A program made the position numbers and the translations under genes. From Candidatus Omnitrophota bacterium (GTDB lineage: Bacteria > Omnitrophota > Gorgyraeia > JAHJTE01), in the NCBI GenBank assembly GCA_040753675.1, contig JBFMEB010000009.1:3407-67406 (forward strand): 64,000 nucleotides of DNA, given 5' to 3'. Each line of letters begins with the position of its first letter. Within the stretch, counting starts at the first letter, position 1. The notes beneath the pieces were generated by a model. The model searched no databases, was not told the DNA's origin, and was given only the letters and a program-made list of their open reading frames with translations. Shown one piece after another: positions 42,801 to 48,800 of this stretch.

Positions 42801-45800
42801 TATTACAAACAGAAGAAGGCCAAAGCTACATCAGTGCACAGTTGAGAGGCCGCGGTCGCCAACTGGCGGGCCTTTCCAACCTCCGTGCCCGTGCAGCGGA
42901 TTACAGCAATTTATTAAAAGGCATCTCGGCATTGCTATTAAGTTCTATCTTAGCTGGGGCAGTGTATGTTCTTGCAAAGCCGATTATGCAGGAATATGCG
43001 AATATGGGCGAAGCAGCTGGCTGGGTGCCGATACGTATGCTATTTACCTTTGCCTTAGTTGCAACAACAGTTTTATTTATCTATCAGTTAGCTAAAGAAA
43101 AGTCAATAAAGACAGTATTTAGACCTAAACTTAAACACAGTGAATTTGGATGGATTGTTTTAGTCGGCGTTTTTGGTTCATTCCTGGCGGCAACTTGTAT
43201 TTACAGCGCGGTTAATCTTAGCACGCCGTTTCTGGCAGCGCTTTTTTATTCACCATTTGTTCCAATAATAGTTGCTTTACTCAAGCATAAACTAAATATT
43301 CCGAAGACAGTATTCTTTGGCGTGCTGTTTGGCGCATCCGGGATTGCGCTTTCAATTATTGCAGGTAAGGGTAGTGCTGAAATAGTTACGTTTAGCGTTT
43401 TAACTCTATTAGGGATTGCTGTAGCATTTATAGGCACTTTCTTTTTCGCAACAAGCTTACTTCTTATTCAACGTAAATTCTCATCTAATCAAGGTATTGC
43501 CTCTACACAGATTTTGTTTTTTAGCTCAATAACTTCTTTGGTTTTGTTTGGTATAGTTTTATTAGTTTCTAAACTTTCCCCTATTTTTGAATGGAAGATT
43601 CTTGGTTTAGGTTTAATGCGCGCTACATTTTTATTATGTAGTATTTATGGAATCCGCCTTTTGCCAGCTTCTTTGGCTGGCGTGTTAGCAGGAACAATTC
43701 CGATATCAGTATTGTTATTTGAGCAGGCAAGTTTAAGCGCCAGCGCTTGGTTTTTAGAGGCGCTTGCCTTGTCAATGGTTCTGTTCAGCGTCTGGCTTCT
43801 TTCGCCGAGAAATGAGAATACGCAATTATTTGAGAGAATTCAGAAGTTAATTAACAAAGGTAGGCAAAATGAAACTTCAGCCTACGAGCTAATGGATGAG
43901 ATTGAAGCTCTGGGTGAGGCTTCTGACGTTGTCCGGGCATTAAAAACCATAAAACCAGCTGATGAATATGAAGAGACAATAATTTTAAATTCAATATTAA
44001 AATTAGGGAGCTTAGAAGATTTAGAAGAGTTGGGAGAGGAAAAAATAAAGGCTTTGATTGAAGAAGGTAAATTTGGCTTTACAGTAACAAACGAAAATAG
44101 CAAAGAAAAGATTTGGATTCATCTCAGAGCTCTGGAGCATATTTTGGCAAGCCATAGTGAAAACTATTTAAAATTAATGAAGTTGTGGAAAAACTTTGTC
44201 TTTTCTAACCAGGTTACTTTAGATCAGATTATTATTTTAATTAGAGAAACTTGTCAAGAAGGTTATCCTATCTATTACAGAGGAGCGAACCACTGGTTTA
44301 CATATGTTTGGTATGTAGCAGACTATTTAGCTAAAAAAACTGGAATACGCCGTATGGAAGCGAGAGTTAGAAAGCGCAAGAAAAATACATCATTTTCAAG
44401 CTTGGCAACTGCCTTACCAACTGCTGGTAAAAACTTCTTGATATTAATTAGAGGAGAGAAATGTTCTAACTTTGAAAATGATCTATTTCCAGCGAGAGTA
44501 AAGAACATATTTGATTTGCGACGGATTAATTTATCCTGGTCGAATATGAGACTGATACTTAAGCGCATAGGTAAGAAACGAACTGGCGGTAGATGGTTTT
44601 GGTCAGGAGCTGCGCCAGAATTAATTGAAAAGGCAATATATTTAACAGCCAGATTTGGTAGGTATGCTGGCAATTTTACAACACCTAAAGGCAGAGATTG
44701 CGCCGTTTGTAGAAACTACCGCTTACCTCTTAAATTGCGATTTAAACTAAGAATTTTTGCTTTAGAGATACTGGTTGCAGAAAATGGATATGTGCACGAT
44801 GCCTTTCCAGTTGGTATCAGACATCTTATCAGAGATACGATTAAATCAATCCCAGAGAAGCTGGGTGGTAGCACTTTAAAAAATAGATTGTTAAAGGTAA
44901 TTTTATTTTCAGCTATTTTGAGTGTGGGGTTATATTACAGTGGAATTTTTTCATTATATTGGTCGTTAAAAGATACAAATCAGTTTTTCTTTAATATAAT
45001 TACAGCGACTATATTTACTGCGCTCTCAGATTTGCTATCAGTGTATCTTTCTAAAAAAAGACAGCATTATCCAATTCTAAGACTACCTTTTGAGCTGGCT
45101 ATAGGTGCTGCCGCGGGTCTTATCTTTACAATCTTTCAGCATTATATTATTGAAGCCTATTTTCCTAAAGACCAATCTTCTTACTTCATTTATTTTGTAC
45201 GGACCTCACTACTATTTTCAATTTCAGTATTCAATATGCTTATATATGCATTTTACAAAAAATTTGAAAAACGGTTATTTAAGATTTTTGACAATGCAAA
45301 TTTAGGAAAAATTATATTTGATGTTCTTGTTTTTAAAGCACTTATTGGTTTATTCAAATATCCTTTCGCTGCAATAGTACTCGATCAGAAAGACGTATTG
45401 GTTTTCTTTTATGGCTTGGATATGCTTAAGGTTGGGGTTATGGTTTGGGCGATAAATAAAGGTGTACCATTTTGGAATTTGTATGACAAGTGGGGCATTA
45501 ACAAAATAATAGCTTCATTAAAGAGACTATTTACTGGGAGAAAAGATGCAAAAGAGAAAGAATTGTCGATTGATATAACTAAAGTTAAATTAGAAGGACA
45601 GGAAGACGTTATTAACAATTTAGCTGAAGCTTTAAGAAGACTATATGAAACAATGCCATTTAGAGCTGCTTATCTTGTTGGTTCAAGGGCAAAAGGCAGA
45701 CAATCAAATTCTTCTGATGTTGACCTAAGGATAGTAATTAATGATAGGTCTGACGAAGCCAGTTTATTAGAAGCAATAAATAAAATATGGTTGGAAATTG

Positions 45801-48800
45801 GTGGCGGCAGGACAAAGTTAGATGCACATATATTCAAACAAAGCGATATTTCATGGTTTATCTGGGAAAAGATTTGCAATTTACTTTCTCTTAATATCGC
45901 AACTTGGCTTTGTATGAAGATTATGGATTATAAGGTTAAGGTCGCACAAGAGAAACCCGTGAATTCTTCCGAAACCGCCAACAACTTTATTCAAAGGCTC
46001 TGGCAACGGATTAGGAGTCATTGTGTTATTGTAAGCTTTGGCTTGGCGATATTGTTATCAGCGCTTTACCATCTTATTCGAGGAGGGACGTTGGGAGAGC
46101 TAGCTCAAGGCTCAATCCTCGCCTTTGCCGCGACAATAGGCATCGCCACAGGGAATTTAGCACAAAGCACTTATTATGATGAGCGAAAAGTAATGAATAT
46201 TCTTGGCGGAAGGATGTGGGTAGAAAGCAGAGAGATGAGTAAGGAGCAGCAATTACAATTAGCGCGAGAAGTTCAAGAGAAAGGCAACCTGGCAGCGTAT
46301 TGGGCGCTTGTTTATTCTTTACAATGGTATGCAGAGGACTTTGCAGCCAAACATAATTCAAAGGATTTGCCTTACGATGATTGTCTCGATGTCTGCATCA
46401 GCGCTATCTATTATGTTGCCAGGATATATAACTCCACCGCAGGTGCTCGCATAGAAACATTGGCTTTCTTAAAATTTAACTCTAACTTAAGGACAGCATG
46501 GAAGGATAGACAAAAGGATATCTCTATCGGAGACTTGTTAGAGGAAATTTATAAGGATAAGGTGGGTGAAAAGAAACATCCCGATGAATCAAGTATTCTG
46601 TTGACTCGTCAGCAAGCAGAAAATTATTTAATTAGACTATTAGAACCTCTTGGATTAGATCCTTTTGGGAGAAACCAAGAGGTATTTATTTTAACAGCTA
46701 TGCATAAGGCTGGAATAATTAAGATGCCTCGCTACCAGATAGCTGCTCGCTATGGTTTAAAACCCTGCAGTATTTCAGATATATGGGAAAAAGTCAGAAC
46801 AAAATTCTTATTTTATTATAAAAGGCATGCCTTGCCGCATATTTGGGAATGTCAGATTAGTAGGAACGGAATTTCCAATAATAGCTCACTGGTGTCAAAT
46901 CAGGCTCAACATCATCATCAGCCGAATATCTGGGAATCTGAACTCGGGCCGACTGATGGGAATAGGTTTGGCAGATGGGCATTTTGGCCGGGGTCAAATT
47001 CAGATGGTAGATTGGAGATGGCAGATGGCAGTTCTCGGTTGTCGGATATGGCTGTGGATGGATTGATTGAAAAAATTGAGAAGGAATCCAAGCCGCCAAA
47101 GAGAGAAGAAGATACGAATAGCCGCAGGCGGCGATTAATAAGATTTTATGAGGCCCTGTTAGCGCTTTTAGCAAAACAAGGTATTTTTGAGGGTCAGACG
47201 CTTATCTATCCTGCTGCTGGCCTTGATATTGTTCCAGGCGCTTATGTTGATACTATAGTAATTAATCGCGATGAGTTATACAGTGCTGCTTCTGGTTTAT
47301 TTATTCGCGATTTTGAAAGATATACTAAGCGATTGAGATATGTTGCTGGAGTGTTTGCAGGAGAATATGGAGGTGAAATGGTTAATGCATTACGGGTAGA
47401 TTTATATAATAGATATATTGGCCCAATAAGAACTTCACATAAAACAGTTCTCCTGAAAGGATTTTTTGATTATGCTGCACAGATTCCCGAAGATTTCTTT
47501 GTTTATCTTGCTGAGCTTGATAGTTTTTTAAATCCAGGTGACAGAATTATATTAATGAATCTTAACGAAGCAAAGCACGTATTAAGCCATTTATTGCCTG
47601 ATAGATATAGAATAGTAGATAGTTGGTTATCCAGAGAACAAAAATCAAAATTGCAAGCTGCATTGGCAAGGATGGTTTCTAGAAGAGCAAACTATAAAAA
47701 CCAGTTCCCGAGTTATTCGAATAAAAAAGATTCATGTTGGCATTTTCTAATGCCAAATACGGTTGTTATTTTAGAGAAAGTAGGCGAGCCGGGTTTAAGA
47801 GGGCATTCTTTAGTCCAGCGACATGGGTTAGAGGGTTTAGATTTTCCTAATCCAATGGCTTCTGAATTTTCTTCTCATCGCGTTGCGAATTGGCCTGGGC
47901 CTGAAGGATGCAACGGCAATGATTACGGCACGCAGGTGCCAGGATCGTGGAGACGTTCAAATAAGCCAACAAGGAGAATTCCTGTATTTAATTGGAATAA
48001 TTGTACTATCTCTTTAGGGGCGGTGGGAATGGAGAAATTTACGTTCTTTGCTCAACCGTTCAACGAGCCAATAACGTATGAGGGACAGGTATCCAAGTCC
48101 CTTGCGAGAAGCAATTTCTTTGAGAGAGGTAATCTGGTTGGTATCCAATCGCAGAGAGATAAGTTTCTTTTTTGGCCTGACGAATTCTACCTTAACTGGT
48201 TTGAGTTCGTCCAAAAATTCAGTGATGCTATGGGTATCCCAGAATCGGCGTTCTTCTTCCAGGGATTTTCCCGACAAAGTCGGGATCCCGCTGACTTTTT
48301 TACCTCTACTGGTGCGGGAAAATTTAGGGATATGTTTAATCTTTTTCATTTTTATTTACCTCCTCGCATATCTTCGACGCCAAGTATATCTGTATATACA
48401 AAAGATGTCAAGAAAAATCTAGGAGAAGACAGGAATCGCGGCTGGGATGGCCCAGATCCAATGGCCTGCGAATTCGGACCTCATCGCGTGGCGAATTGGC
48501 CGGGATATAATTCAGTAAAGGATAAGAGTATTAAGATTTTTAGAAGCGAAGGAAGAATAATAGTCCAGGGCGAACCAGGGGCGTTTAGTGTTTTTGAAGA
48601 AATTTTAGAGTTAGACCAAGTCTGGGTTACTGGGCTTATAAAGAAGTCAATTGAAGTTAGAAATCGAGAAGATTTAGAAGATATGTACGGATATGATAGG
48701 TTGCCACAAGCTTGGATTTTAGATAAAGAAATTAATATTTGGTTTTCAGAAAATCTTTCTGAGCCGTTTATTTGTCTTAATAATAGGGCTATTGCTGTCA

